In this document: positions 8,809 through 18,452 of the stretch, piece after piece
Position numbering within the stretch: the stretch's first letter is position 1
Layout: every line of letters begins with the position of its first letter
DNA from: Candidatus Aldehydirespiratoraceae bacterium
GTDB taxonomy: Bacteria > Actinomycetota > Acidimicrobiia > Acidimicrobiales > Aldehydirespiratoraceae
Direction of reading: 5' to 3'
Length of the DNA stretch: 64,000 nt
Assembly: GCA_965198365.1 (NCBI GenBank)
Contig: OZ240617.1
Location: forward strand, 1,029,988 to 1,093,987
The notes under the pieces: model-generated
Databases searched by the model: none
Seen by the model: only the letters and a program-made list of their open reading frames with translations
Told to the model about the DNA's origin: nothing
Made by a program: the position numbers and the translations under genes

Positions 8809-10190
8809 TGGTCCTCCCAGAATTTCCCCACCAGCCCGCGGTTCGCGAGCACATGGCGAAAGTCCAACATCGCCGTGTAAGTGGGTAGGACGTACAAGCG
8901 CCCGTTGGGGCCGCAAGCTTGCAAGGCCATGTCGAAGGCGGCGGCGGGTTCAGGCACCACCGACATCTTGGTTGAGTCTGCACCGGCGTAGCGGAACCGC
9001 AGGGCAAGGTCATGGGCTCGAGTTCCGCCCAGAGTGAGCGATGTGAGTCGGTCTTGATCCAACAGGAGTTCGTAGTCCACATCCCAGATCCAAGATACGT
9101 CCTGACCATCGGCGGTGCGGTCGTTGAGGAGGATCAGCAAATGCAGCGGATGGCTTTCGTTCAACACCATGCGGATGTTTTCGTTGGCTCCGGCGGGGTT
9201 CTTGGCCAACAGCGTAGTTACACGGCGGGTCCCCACATGGATGTGTTCGGCTCGCCCGAAAGCCGCGCCGCGCTTCCCCAGCGCCTCGGCGATGGTTTCC
9301 GGGGCCAGTCCGACAGCGAGAGCGGTTGCTGTTGCCGCAACAGCGTTGTAGGTGTTGGGCAGCCCAGGTAGACGCAGTGACACATCTATCGATCCGCCGG
9401 CGCTGGAGATGGCGACCTGCTGTCCGTCCATTCCCTGAAGCGCCACTGTGGTCGCGCGCACCTCCGGTTGTGGTCGGCTGAGCCCGCACGACGGGCAACT
9501 CCACTGTCCCAGGTGGCCGATAGTGACCATCCGATAATGGAGCGGGGTGTCGCAGCGACGGCAGTTGGTGTTGTCCGCAGCATGTGAGAGGTGTTCTCTG
9601 CCGGCAGCTGGATCGTCGATCCCGTAGCAGACGGAGTTTGCGTGCTCGGCACCGATCTCGGCCACAGCGGGATCATCCGCGTTGTAAACCAAGGTCGTGT
9701 CGGGGTCCAACTCAGCAACCACAGCGCGCCAACTCTGCGCCAAGTGCTCAAGTTCGCCGTAACGGTCGAGCTGATCGCGGAACAGGTTCATCAGGGTGAC
9801 CACTCTTGGACAGGTTTGTTTCACCAACGCGCCTAGGGCGGCCTCGTCCACTTCGAACAAGGCGATGTCGGGGTCTTCGGCATGCAGCAGAGCTGTGGCC
9901 ACTCCGCGTTCGAGGTTGGAACCAGCCGTGTTGGCCACAACTTGGGCACCGGAAGCGTCGAGGGCAGCACGGATCAGCCGAGCCGTAGTGGTCTTACCGT
10001 TCGTACCCGACAGTAGGATCACACCATCGGGAATGGCCCTCGCCATCTCCGCGGTGGCTTGGGGGCGCAGGCGGTTGAGTAGCAGGCCCGGCAAGGTGGT
10101 CCCCCCGCCCCGACCAAGGCGACGTGACAGGCGACCGGTTGCGCGAGCGACTGTCGCAGCCAACCAGAGGGGTAGCGTCGGATACTTCAT
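8805..10190 (-). CDS. murT: lipid II isoglutaminyl synthase MurT (Mur ligase family)
   Basis: LLSGTNGKTTT P-loop, CRRCDTPL...CPSCG zinc ribbon, C-terminal DUF1727-like region. Start at MKYPTLPLW. Confidence 0.8.
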   Translation of the reverse strand: MKYPTLPLWLAATVARATGRLSRRLGRGGGTTLPGLLLNRLRPQATAEMARAIPDGVILLSGTNGKTTTARLIRAALDASGAQVVANTAGSNLERGVATALLHAEDPDIALFEVDEAALGALVKQTCPRVVTLMNLFRDQLDRYGELEHLAQSWRAVVAELDPDTTLVYNADDPAVAEIGAEHANSVCYGIDDPAAGREHLSHAADNTNCRRCDTPLHYRMVTIGHLGQWSCPSCGLSRPQPEVRATTVALQGMDGQQVAISSAGGSIDVSLRLPGLPNTYNAVAATATALAVGLAPETIAEALGKRGAAFGRAEHIHVGTRRVTTLLAKNPAGANENIRMVLNESHPLHLLILLNDRTADGQDVSWIWDVDYELLLDQDRLTSLTLGGTRAHDLALRFRYAGADSTKMSVVPEPAAAFDMALQACGPNGRLYVLPTYTAMLDFRHVLANRGLVGKFWEDQ

Positions 10191-10399
10191 CAGGCAGCCA
10201 TCAATGCGTTTGGCCCAGCGGAAATGGGCGGTCAACGGTTATATCGGCCACTGGGGTCCTTCGCGGGAGGCGGTTCGCAGCCGAATCTACCCGCATATAA
10301 GAGGGGCATTGCGGATCATCCGAGTCTGTGGGTGAACCGTGTAAAGTTGTTTCTCGGGGAATTTTCCTAGAAGCGGAGAATCCGCGTGAGGAGCCGAAC

Positions 10400-11491
10400 A
10401 TGGGTGACGGACGTACCGAGATGGTTGACGGCGCGCTACCTTCGCCGTTTCCTGAAGGCTGGTACTTCGTTGCGAGCCGTCAATCCCTGGAGAAGACCAA
10501 GCTCATCCAAAAGACCTGGATGGGCGAGGACATCGTCATCTGGTGTGATGAGAGTGGAAACGTCTGTGTCGCCGAGGCCTTTTGCGCGCACCTGGGTTCC
10601 AATCTGGGCCCCGCCGCAGGGGGATGTGTACGCGACGGCCGACTCGTGTGTCCCTTCCACGGTTTTCAGTACGACGCCGATGGCCATTGCGTTGCCACTC
10701 CCTATGCCCCGGCACCGCCCGACATGCGGTTGCGAGTGTTTGAGACAACGGAGATGGTCGGTCTGATCTTCGCTTGGTGGGGGATCGGGGGAAGGGCACC
10801 GCAATGGAGCCTCCCCGCGGAACCACCGGACCAAGCTGTTTGGAGCAATACCCGCATCTGGACCCACCGCTTTCCGGGTCATCCCCAGGAAACAACGGAG
10901 AATGCAGTGGATCTGGCCCACCTTCGTTACGTCCATGGCTACGACAGCGTCGGCCGCGTTGAAACGATAGCGGTGGACGGACCCCGTTTCGAGAGCAACT
11001 TCGACTTCGCCACGACCCGGAGAGTTGCCGGAGTCCCGTTTGTCAGTCTTGACTTCACCGCCCACACCGAGATCTTTGGACTCGGCTATTCGTTCGTGGG
11101 TGTACGCGAGCACTCGATTGGATTGGATTTACGCCTCTGGGTACTGGCGACGCCAGTGGACGGCACGCTCATTGATTTGTCGATCGTCTCACAGGTACGA
11201 GAGATCCGGAATCCGAGCCGCTGGATTCCAGGTCTGGGATTTCTCCCGCGGAAGCTGCGAGCGCCCCTGATGAACAGAATCGTGTTGTATTTTCAACGGC
11301 ACGACGTAATGCAGGATGTAGTTATATGGAGCCGCAAACGGTCACGAATGCAGCCGCTTCTGTCACGTTCTGACGGTGAGATCATGGCGTACCGCGCATA
11401 CTGCGCGCAGTTCTATCCCAACGGTCTGCTTGTGGCGAGCGATGGGGAGAAAATCGACGACCAACCGGTAACCAAAGACGAACTGGAATAG
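10400..11491 (+). CDS. Rieske [2Fe-2S] non-heme iron oxygenase (KshA-like single-component alpha type)
   Basis: CAHLGSNLG-x17-CPFHGFQYD Rieske motif and ENAVDLAHLRYVH (E-x3-D-x2-H-x4-H mononuclear iron motif). GAGGAG RBS before the ATG at 10400. Confidence 0.8.
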   Translation: MGDGRTEMVDGALPSPFPEGWYFVASRQSLEKTKLIQKTWMGEDIVIWCDESGNVCVAEAFCAHLGSNLGPAAGGCVRDGRLVCPFHGFQYDADGHCVATPYAPAPPDMRLRVFETTEMVGLIFAWWGIGGRAPQWSLPAEPPDQAVWSNTRIWTHRFPGHPQETTENAVDLAHLRYVHGYDSVGRVETIAVDGPRFESNFDFATTRRVAGVPFVSLDFTAHTEIFGLGYSFVGVREHSIGLDLRLWVLATPVDGTLIDLSIVSQVREIRNPSRWIPGLGFLPRKLRAPLMNRIVLYFQRHDVMQDVVIWSRKRSRMQPLLSRSDGEIMAYRAYCAQFYPNGLLVASDGEKIDDQPVTKDELE

Positions 11492-11497
11492 CGGGCA

Positions 11498-12886
11498 ATG
11501 ACAACCAGAGAGACGCGGGCAACACCGCGGCGAATTGCAATAATCGGTGGGGGCGTTTCGGGGCTAGGTGCTGCGTGGGCGCTGAACCATCATCCGGATC
11601 GTTTTGATTTTCGGCTGTTCGAGGCGACCGAACGAATCGGTGGCAATGCAATCACCGCGGATATGCCGCAAGAGGATGGCACTTCGATTCCGTTCGATAT
11701 TTCGGTTACCGCTTGTATCCCGTCGGTGTATCAACACATTTTGTTGCTGTTGGACCGGTTCGACATCGACTTGGTCGAGACCAGATTCAGCTACAGCGTC
11801 AAGTATGGGGGGCGGATCTACGCCCACGATTTCGATTCTGAAATACGCGAGCAACTGCAGACCGAGATCGCACGATTCCAACGGCTCTTACGGCGTCTAC
11901 ACAAGTTCGGCTGGTTGAGCCGATCCCCGTCCAAGTTTATGAACGCCCTCAACCCGTTCAACTACATCAGCATGGGAACGGTTCTGAACTGGGGAGGGTT
12001 CTCCGGTGATTTCAGGTACAAGGTCCTCAAACCCATGTTCGTCAATTTCTTGATGGCAACGAACGTGTTCGACATGCCTGCGGCGCTGTTCGCGCGTTAC
12101 CTGGAGTTCTTCGACATCGAGTCTGCGACACCGATGCAGACCTGGGACCAGGGAACAAGGCGCATCTACGAGCACCTGTCGTCTGACTATCGAGACAAGA
12201 TCTACCTGAACCGGCCTGTCGAGAAGGTGTATCGCTCGGCGTCATCGGTCGTGGTTGAGGACTCTGACGGGGCACGCGAGACGTTTGACGAGGTGATCTT
12301 CGCCTGCAACGCGAATCAGACGCTGATGATGCTCGACAAACCCACCCGCCTAGAGCGCTATCTGCTCGCGTCGGTCCGTTACGAGAGCGAACTCCACAAC
12401 CACACGATCGTCCACTCCGACGCCTCAGTCCTTCCAGACAATGAGGTCAAACCCCTTACAACGCGAAGCAACCACATCGAACAATATGGGACGAGACCAG
12501 ACAATTACGAGATCACCTACATCATGCACAACCAGCAACCGTGGGCTAATCGGTCAGACAAGCCTTGTCTGGTGACCTATAACCCGACCACCCCCATCGA
12601 TGACGCCAAGATCGTCAAGAAGTGGTGGTTCCAACACATCGTCCACGATGTGCGCCACGTCACACTGATCGTCAACTCTTTCCGTTTTGTCCAAGGCAAG
12701 AGGCGAACCTGGCACTGTGGCGCCCACACGCTGATCAACAGCCAGGAGACCTGCCTCGTTACCGGACTGGCCGCGGCAAGACAGATCGGAGCGGACTACC
12801 ACTTCGATGATCCCGAAGCGAAGCGGTTGTTCAACTACTACGGCAGCATCCTGCACGGTGGGCGATTCCGGAAGGTGAAACGCTGA
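11498..12886 (+). CDS. FAD/NAD(P)-binding amine-oxidase-like oxidoreductase
   Basis: RIAIIGGGVSGLGAAWAL dinucleotide-binding motif at the N-terminus. 6-nt gap after the Rieske gene. Confidence 0.7.
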   Translation: MTTRETRATPRRIAIIGGGVSGLGAAWALNHHPDRFDFRLFEATERIGGNAITADMPQEDGTSIPFDISVTACIPSVYQHILLLLDRFDIDLVETRFSYSVKYGGRIYAHDFDSEIREQLQTEIARFQRLLRRLHKFGWLSRSPSKFMNALNPFNYISMGTVLNWGGFSGDFRYKVLKPMFVNFLMATNVFDMPAALFARYLEFFDIESATPMQTWDQGTRRIYEHLSSDYRDKIYLNRPVEKVYRSASSVVVEDSDGARETFDEVIFACNANQTLMMLDKPTRLERYLLASVRYESELHNHTIVHSDASVLPDNEVKPLTTRSNHIEQYGTRPDNYEITYIMHNQQPWANRSDKPCLVTYNPTTPIDDAKIVKKWWFQHIVHDVRHVTLIVNSFRFVQGKRRTWHCGAHTLINSQETCLVTGLAAARQIGADYHFDDPEAKRLFNYYGSILHGGRFRKVKR

Positions 12887-12956
12887 ACGCGGGGTCTCTC
12901 ACCCGGCCGGTGGGCAATTCCCCAGCCCCGCAACCGGGAAGATACAGTGACACGCC

Positions 12957-15443
12957 ATGACACGAGTGCTCGATAGGTTCAGTTGGCTGGTCACGGCTCG
13001 CCCGTATATCACGATCCTTGTTCTGCTGGTGATCACCGTTGGTCTCGGCGCGGGGGCGTCTCTTCGGGCGGAGCCGACAGAGGGGGCTTCGCTGGAGTTC
13101 CTTCCTCCCGAGAGTCCTTACACCGCTGCGGTGGAAGAGCTCGATGAGTTCTTCGGGGAAGCCAGCGATGTCAGCGTCGTGACGCTGGTGTTCCGCGGTG
13201 AGGCGTTCACACCGGACGGGCTGTCCCAGATGGATGCCCTGGTGGATAACATCATCGCAACCCCGGGTGTAGCGGAGCTGTTGGCACCACCAGATCCGAT
13301 CATTGCACCGTCATTGTTGTTCGAGGACTTCGGAGGAGTGAGCGATTTCGGATCGGTCACCCAGGCAGAAATCGACGCTATCAGCGCCGTGCCGGAGCTC
13401 GCTGGAGCATTCGCGGCGATGTCGGGGGACGATTCCGACGGCACATTGGTGACGGTCTCGACCCTCCGCTTGCGGGACACGGGCGACGAAAGAGTCGCCG
13501 AAGCGGAACGAGCCATAAACGATCTGGCGCTCAACTCAGAGGGTCCGTTGCGCATCAGCAGCGTGTCGCTGATCGTGATCGAGGACGAGTACAAGGAGGC
13601 GATCGAGTCGGGGATGGCACCGTTGATCGGGTTGGCATTGCTGCTGATTGCCGCGCTGATCCTGCTCTTCCTGCGCACGTTCTCGGATCTGTTGATCACG
13701 CTCACCGGCCTTGTGTTATCGCTGATCTGGATCGTCGGCGCAGAGGGTTGGCTGGGGCCGAATGGACTCGGTTTGATCGGTCCGCCGAGTTCGCTTTCGG
13801 TGATGGTCCCTATCATCGTGATCAGCCTCACGGTGGATTACGCAATCCAGGCCGTCTCGCATTATCGCGAACAACGAGGTGAAGGCGAGTCTGTGCTTCA
13901 AGCGGTCCGAATAGGGCTGCGGAACGTCGCCATCCCATTGCTTTTAGCCGCGGTGACAACGATCGCCAGCTTCTTGTCAACCCTGTTCTCGCCGATCGGT
14001 GTGATCGGCGACTTCGGCATCGTTGCGGGGATGGGCGTGGGGCTGAGCCTGATTGTGATGCTGACGCTGGTGCCTGCTGGGCGAACGATCGTCGACCGGC
14101 GGCGTGAGGCCCGCGGCACGTTGGCACCACCCCGTTCGGTGTCGAGCGCGTTGCCCGGGATCGAACGGGCAGCAGAAATGCTTGGTAAGGCTCTGGCGCG
14201 CCGGCCGGCGCCTTATCTGATTGTCGTGCTCGGCGTGACGATCTGGCTCGGGTTTTCGGCCACGGGACTCAAATCAGAGTTCAGTGTCCGCGACGTCCTT
14301 CCCCGAGACGGCAACGTGCTCGACGACATGGAGAGCCTTGAAGAGGCAGTCGGCGGATCAACGGAGTTGGCCAGTGTGCTGGTGAGGGCCGAGGCCGCCG
14401 AGACCCGAACGCTGTTGAATGTCCGGGACCTCGCGGACGCGTTTGCGGACGAACAAAGCCGCCCGCGCGCCGCCGCGGGACCGATGGCACCAACCTATGA
14501 GTCGCTCGTGCGCGATTGGACCCACGACAGCGGGGAGCCCGGTGACAAATACGATCCAGAACTCGCGGCCCTTTTCCGTGAAGCCTCCGCAGGGGTGCAA
14601 CTCGATCGTGTACTGATGGCGGAGTTCCTTACACAACTCGGGGAGAAAGAACCTGCTCTTGCCACCGTCCTAGTCGACAATCCCGATGGCACCGACGCGA
14701 TTCTGCTCCAGTTCCCCATCTACTCCGATGATTCCGAAGCCGCGACGCTGATCCAAGAGGAGATTGAGGCGCTCTGGTCTGGAGACGACGGTTCAATCAC
14801 CGCGACGTCGGCAGGCATTTCGTCGGTCACGGTGACCGACCAGATCACTGCACGCCAAACCGAGGCGATCACCACGACTGTTGCTGCTGCTCTCGGTATC
14901 CTCACTCTCTTCTTCTGGGTCACGGTGCGTCGACCGGTGTTGGGGTTCGTTGCGGTCGGGCCGATCGTGTTAGTTCTCATTTGGGTGTTGGGCACGATGG
15001 CACTTCTTGGCATTCCCTATACCGTGATCACCTCGATCATCACTGCGCTCTCGATAGGTATCGGCGTGGACTACACAATCCACATGATTCACCGTTACCA
15101 AGAGGAGTTCTCCCGGGTACGCAACCCGGAGAAGGCAGCGGTCCGGACGCTGGCGACCACGGGATCGGCCCTGTTGGGCTCCGCGCTCACCACGGCGCTG
15201 GGGTTCGGTGTTTTGGTGTTCTCGCCGGTGCAAGGGTTCTCGCAGTTCGGCATCACATCTGCGATCACGATTGGGTATTCGCTGCTCGTGTCGATCTTGG
15301 TCGTACCGCCGGCGATGACCGTCTGGGGCGCCTATGAGAACATGCGTCTGCGCTCAACGGTGCAGAGCTTGTGGGATGACCTCGACGTGGCGATCGACGA
15401 TGTGCACCAGCGTCACGAAGAACAGAGCGCGTCAGGCGGGTAG
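12957..15443 (+). CDS. MMPL/RND-superfamily membrane transporter
   Basis: 828 aa with two blocks of multiple hydrophobic helices separated by soluble loops. SSD-like segment GVDYTIHMIHRY. Confidence 0.8.
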   Translation: MTRVLDRFSWLVTARPYITILVLLVITVGLGAGASLRAEPTEGASLEFLPPESPYTAAVEELDEFFGEASDVSVVTLVFRGEAFTPDGLSQMDALVDNIIATPGVAELLAPPDPIIAPSLLFEDFGGVSDFGSVTQAEIDAISAVPELAGAFAAMSGDDSDGTLVTVSTLRLRDTGDERVAEAERAINDLALNSEGPLRISSVSLIVIEDEYKEAIESGMAPLIGLALLLIAALILLFLRTFSDLLITLTGLVLSLIWIVGAEGWLGPNGLGLIGPPSSLSVMVPIIVISLTVDYAIQAVSHYREQRGEGESVLQAVRIGLRNVAIPLLLAAVTTIASFLSTLFSPIGVIGDFGIVAGMGVGLSLIVMLTLVPAGRTIVDRRREARGTLAPPRSVSSALPGIERAAEMLGKALARRPAPYLIVVLGVTIWLGFSATGLKSEFSVRDVLPRDGNVLDDMESLEEAVGGSTELASVLVRAEAAETRTLLNVRDLADAFADEQSRPRAAAGPMAPTYESLVRDWTHDSGEPGDKYDPELAALFREASAGVQLDRVLMAEFLTQLGEKEPALATVLVDNPDGTDAILLQFPIYSDDSEAATLIQEEIEALWSGDDGSITATSAGISSVTVTDQITARQTEAITTTVAAALGILTLFFWVTVRRPVLGFVAVGPIVLVLIWVLGTMALLGIPYTVITSIITALSIGIGVDYTIHMIHRYQEEFSRVRNPEKAAVRTLATTGSALLGSALTTALGFGVLVFSPVQGFSQFGITSAITIGYSLLVSILVVPPAMTVWGAYENMRLRSTVQSLWDDLDVAIDDVHQRHEEQSASGG

Positions 15444-17459
15444 TTCGTGCCGTTTCCCGGCGACAACGAACTTCAATTTCTTGTTCGGTCGCTGTGACGG
15501 GAACGGGCTGATCTTGAGTTCGTAGTTCTGGGGGGCTATCTCAAGGGTGAAATAGTGGACCATCATCAACAAGTTGATCGCCAGCTGTAGCTCTGTCCAG
15601 CGTACACCGAGGCAGGTGTGTGTTCCCAAGCCGTAGGGTGCGTACCCGGTGCCGAGGTGTTCCTTGCGCGGGGCGATGTAGCGGTCGATATCGAACGTGA
15701 GAGGATCTGGGAAGAGATCACTCATATAGTGCGTCGATGTCTGGGCAATGAAGACCCGTGCCCCCTCCGGTAGTTCGTAACCCTCTACCACAACCGCATT
15801 CATCACGTTTCGAACCGACATCGGCACGATCGGGTAGAGACGCATGCACTCCATGATGAAACGGCGAGTGACATCGATCGCCGGTCCGGTGATTGTGTCG
15901 GCATCTGGATCGCCGTCGGCGAATAGGGCGTCCGCCTCGGCGCGAATCTTCTCGTGGAACTCTGGCTGTGACAGCATGGCGTAAGCGATGAAGCTGAGTT
16001 CATCCCCGACGTACATGCTGGCGATCAACGGAGCCGAGAGCACGAAACGTAGATTCGACTCTGGAAGGAACTGCCTGTCTGCTGCGTGCATGTTCAGCAG
16101 GTCATCAGCGAGATCGCGGGGGCAACCCTCCCGCTGGGCGGGTGTATGGACACTCAGGACCCGATCTACTACCTCGTCGATCAGTTTCGCCCGGCGCTTC
16201 ATGGATGGGGTCTTCAGCATGAACTTGGGGAGGACCCCGGCGATGTGAGTCTTGAGCGCTCGCTCCTTGAACTTGTGCAAATCGTCGACGATGTCTTGCG
16301 AATCGACGCTGACAGACAGCGGCGACAACTCCGAGTTGACCAGCTTCCGGCAAATGTCCACCGCGGAGCGCTTGTCGCCAACCTCCCAAGTCGCCAAGTG
16401 GTTTCGTGCATGGGAATAAAACTCATCCAACTGGCCGACGAGCCTCGTGCGAGAATATCCAGGCTGAATGGACTTTCGATACCGAAAGTGATCGGCGCCG
16501 TCGAGGGAGGGCAGAATCCCTGATCCCCCATAGACCTTTTCGAAATCCTCCAGATAATCCCTGGCTCGCAGGTAGGTGCGGCCGTGGCGGTGCACCCAGT
16601 GATTCGTTTCGGGTCCGACAAGAAAGATCATGCGATCTTGGAACGGCGGCCGGAGTTCGAACACGGGGCCGTACTCTTCGCCGAGCTGCGCGAAGAGTGC
16701 GGGGAGGTTGCCGTTGCGAGCATGTTTGTTGCGCACCAACTTCCGCAACGGGACGACGGGAATCGCCTTCGTCAAAGCTGTGCGACGGAACAACGGCCGA
16801 GCAATGTTCTCGTGGACGGCATCGGCGATGGAGCGGCCGATCAAGTCCATCTTTACGACTTGCTCGATGCGCGCCTCAGACTCCTCGTCCAGTTCGAAGA
16901 TGTAGCGCAAGACATCGCAGGTGTCGATGAGGCAGATGATGATGATGTCTCTTGGGTCTGGGATCTCATCGCTGAAGATGGCTCTGCTGACACGGGTCTT
17001 GACGAATTCAACAGCGGTCCCTACTTCGGAGCCTGCGTGGAATCCCGTCCGCCAGGCGGTTTGGGCCAAAGACCAGAAGTCACCGTCGTGATGTTGCAGG
17101 ATGTCCAACTGGACCAGGCGATCCAGGGTCGTGTCGATGATCGCCTCGGCGCGCGGCGCGAGGCGCTCCACCCAGTACTGGGAATTGCGTTGGACCGGTT
17201 CCGCTGCGATTGCCTTGAGGATGGGATCGAGGCAGGGATCGCCTGTTGGTGTTTGATCTAGGAGGATCAGGGACTCCATGTCAGTGTCGATACGGCCGAC
17301 GAGTGACAGTTCCGCGAGTGCGGAACCGACCACGGCGCAGTTCAGACTCCACCCGGGTACCTGTCGAAAGTAGCCGCTCTCTTCGTTCAACAGTGTTAGG
17401 ACCAGTTCATCGGGCAGAGTCAACTGCTCGGTCATCACACCTTCGCCGGAGCGCGTCAT
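15432..17459 (-). CDS. fusion protein: N-terminal GPP34/GOLPH3-like domain + C-terminal cytochrome P450
   Basis: N-terminus: LTLPDELVLTLLNEESGYF...GSALAELSLVGRI (GPP34 pattern). C-terminus: ECMRLYP (ExxR) and YGLGTHTCLG (heme Cys ligand). Start at 17459 or 17435. Confidence 0.8.
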   Translation of the reverse strand: MTRSGEGVMTEQLTLPDELVLTLLNEESGYFRQVPGWSLNCAVVGSALAELSLVGRIDTDMESLILLDQTPTGDPCLDPILKAIAAEPVQRNSQYWVERLAPRAEAIIDTTLDRLVQLDILQHHDGDFWSLAQTAWRTGFHAGSEVGTAVEFVKTRVSRAIFSDEIPDPRDIIIICLIDTCDVLRYIFELDEESEARIEQVVKMDLIGRSIADAVHENIARPLFRRTALTKAIPVVPLRKLVRNKHARNGNLPALFAQLGEEYGPVFELRPPFQDRMIFLVGPETNHWVHRHGRTYLRARDYLEDFEKVYGGSGILPSLDGADHFRYRKSIQPGYSRTRLVGQLDEFYSHARNHLATWEVGDKRSAVDICRKLVNSELSPLSVSVDSQDIVDDLHKFKERALKTHIAGVLPKFMLKTPSMKRRAKLIDEVVDRVLSVHTPAQREGCPRDLADDLLNMHAADRQFLPESNLRFVLSAPLIASMYVGDELSFIAYAMLSQPEFHEKIRAEADALFADGDPDADTITGPAIDVTRRFIMECMRLYPIVPMSVRNVMNAVVVEGYELPEGARVFIAQTSTHYMSDLFPDPLTFDIDRYIAPRKEHLGTGYAPYGLGTHTCLGVRWTELQLAINLLMMVHYFTLEIAPQNYELKISPFPSQRPNKKLKFVVAGKRHELPA

Positions 17460-17551
17460 CAATTCTGCCTTCCGTGTCCTCTGACGCGAACTATATCCGT
17501 TTCGGCCACTTTGCAGCAACGTACGACCTGCTTGAGTAGGTCGGAAGACGG

Positions 17552-18136
17552 CTAGTAGCGGTGTCTGCGACGGCGCTTGATCTTGGGTCGTTTGCGCCAA
17601 CGCGCTCGTTGCTTGGCGACGCTGCGCTTGGCAAGTTCATCGGTCGGATTCACGTCCAGCCCGTACATCTCTTCGGTGCTCTGTCGTGACCGACGTTCGA
17701 GCAACAAGATCGACAGAAGAGGCAGGCCGAAGATGCAGAGGGCGGCGGCGCTGAGAATCGTGATCCAGGTCTCGTTGCGTTCAGCTATCAGGTACCACCC
17801 CGAAAACACCAGCAAACCCAGCATCGCTAGCCAAAAGGCCACGCCTATCAACAGCATCACCGCCATCGCTACGTACTCGTATGTGCGGTCGCCTTCTCTC
17901 GGGCTGCGGATGTAGCGGGTCAGGAACAGGGCAAGAAGAACCATGGCCCCTGCGGCCACTAGCCGAACTGTGCCGATTGTCGATCCTGCATTGCTGGCCG
18001 TGAGGACGGGGACCGCAGCGCCGAACGCCCCGACCAGCAGGAGCCCGATCGCCATCATCGCGAACACAGTCGGGTCGACGCCGGTGTCTCTGCGAGCCAT
18101 GTCCCCAGCGTAGAACGATGCTCTTGTCTCTTTCAC
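17552..18136 (-). CDS. integral membrane protein, unknown function, basic C-terminal tail
   Basis: About four hydrophobic helices. The C-terminus KQRARWRKRPKIKRRRRHRY is strongly basic. Confidence 0.5.
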   Translation of the reverse strand: MKETRASFYAGDMARRDTGVDPTVFAMMAIGLLLVGAFGAAVPVLTASNAGSTIGTVRLVAAGAMVLLALFLTRYIRSPREGDRTYEYVAMAVMLLIGVAFWLAMLGLLVFSGWYLIAERNETWITILSAAALCIFGLPLLSILLLERRSRQSTEEMYGLDVNPTDELAKRSVAKQRARWRKRPKIKRRRRHRY

Positions 18137-18176
18137 CGTCTCTTCGACGAATCTGCCACAAGTATGCGGGCTTGTA

Positions 18177-18206
18177 TGTCATACAGACTATAATAACTGT
18201 ATGACA
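18177..18206 (+). promoter_or_regulatory. mazEF promoter/operator: perfect 10-bp inverted repeat flanking a TATAAT box; likely leaderless mRNA
   Basis: TGTCATACAG (18177-18186) / CTGTATGACA (18197-18206) flank actTATAATaa (TATAAT 18189-18194). The right arm covers the ATG at 18201. Confidence 0.5.
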
Positions 18207-18452
18207 ATGGTGAGTTTTCGAGTGGATGATGATGAAGTTGCTGAGATGCAGCGATGGGCGCAGCAACTTGGTATTGGACGGTCGGAGTTGCTGCGAGACG
18301 CCCTGCATCGGTACCTCGTCGGGTTGGCGTCGGTATTGGATGCGGACCTTTGGGAGGCGGAACCGTTGGCTGAGGCTGAGTCGGCGTTTACTGAGGTTGC
18401 AGATTGGGGGCCGGCCGAGGACTGGTCGGATTGGGCTGATGAAACGCGGTGA
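18201..18452 (+). CDS. RHH/MazE-like antitoxin
   Basis: MVSFRVDDDEVAEMQRWAQQLGIGRSELLRDAL (ribbon-helix-helix pattern), acidic tail, overlaps the mazF start by 14 nt. Confidence 0.65.
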   Translation: MTMVSFRVDDDEVAEMQRWAQQLGIGRSELLRDALHRYLVGLASVLDADLWEAEPLAEAESAFTEVADWGPAEDWSDWADETR

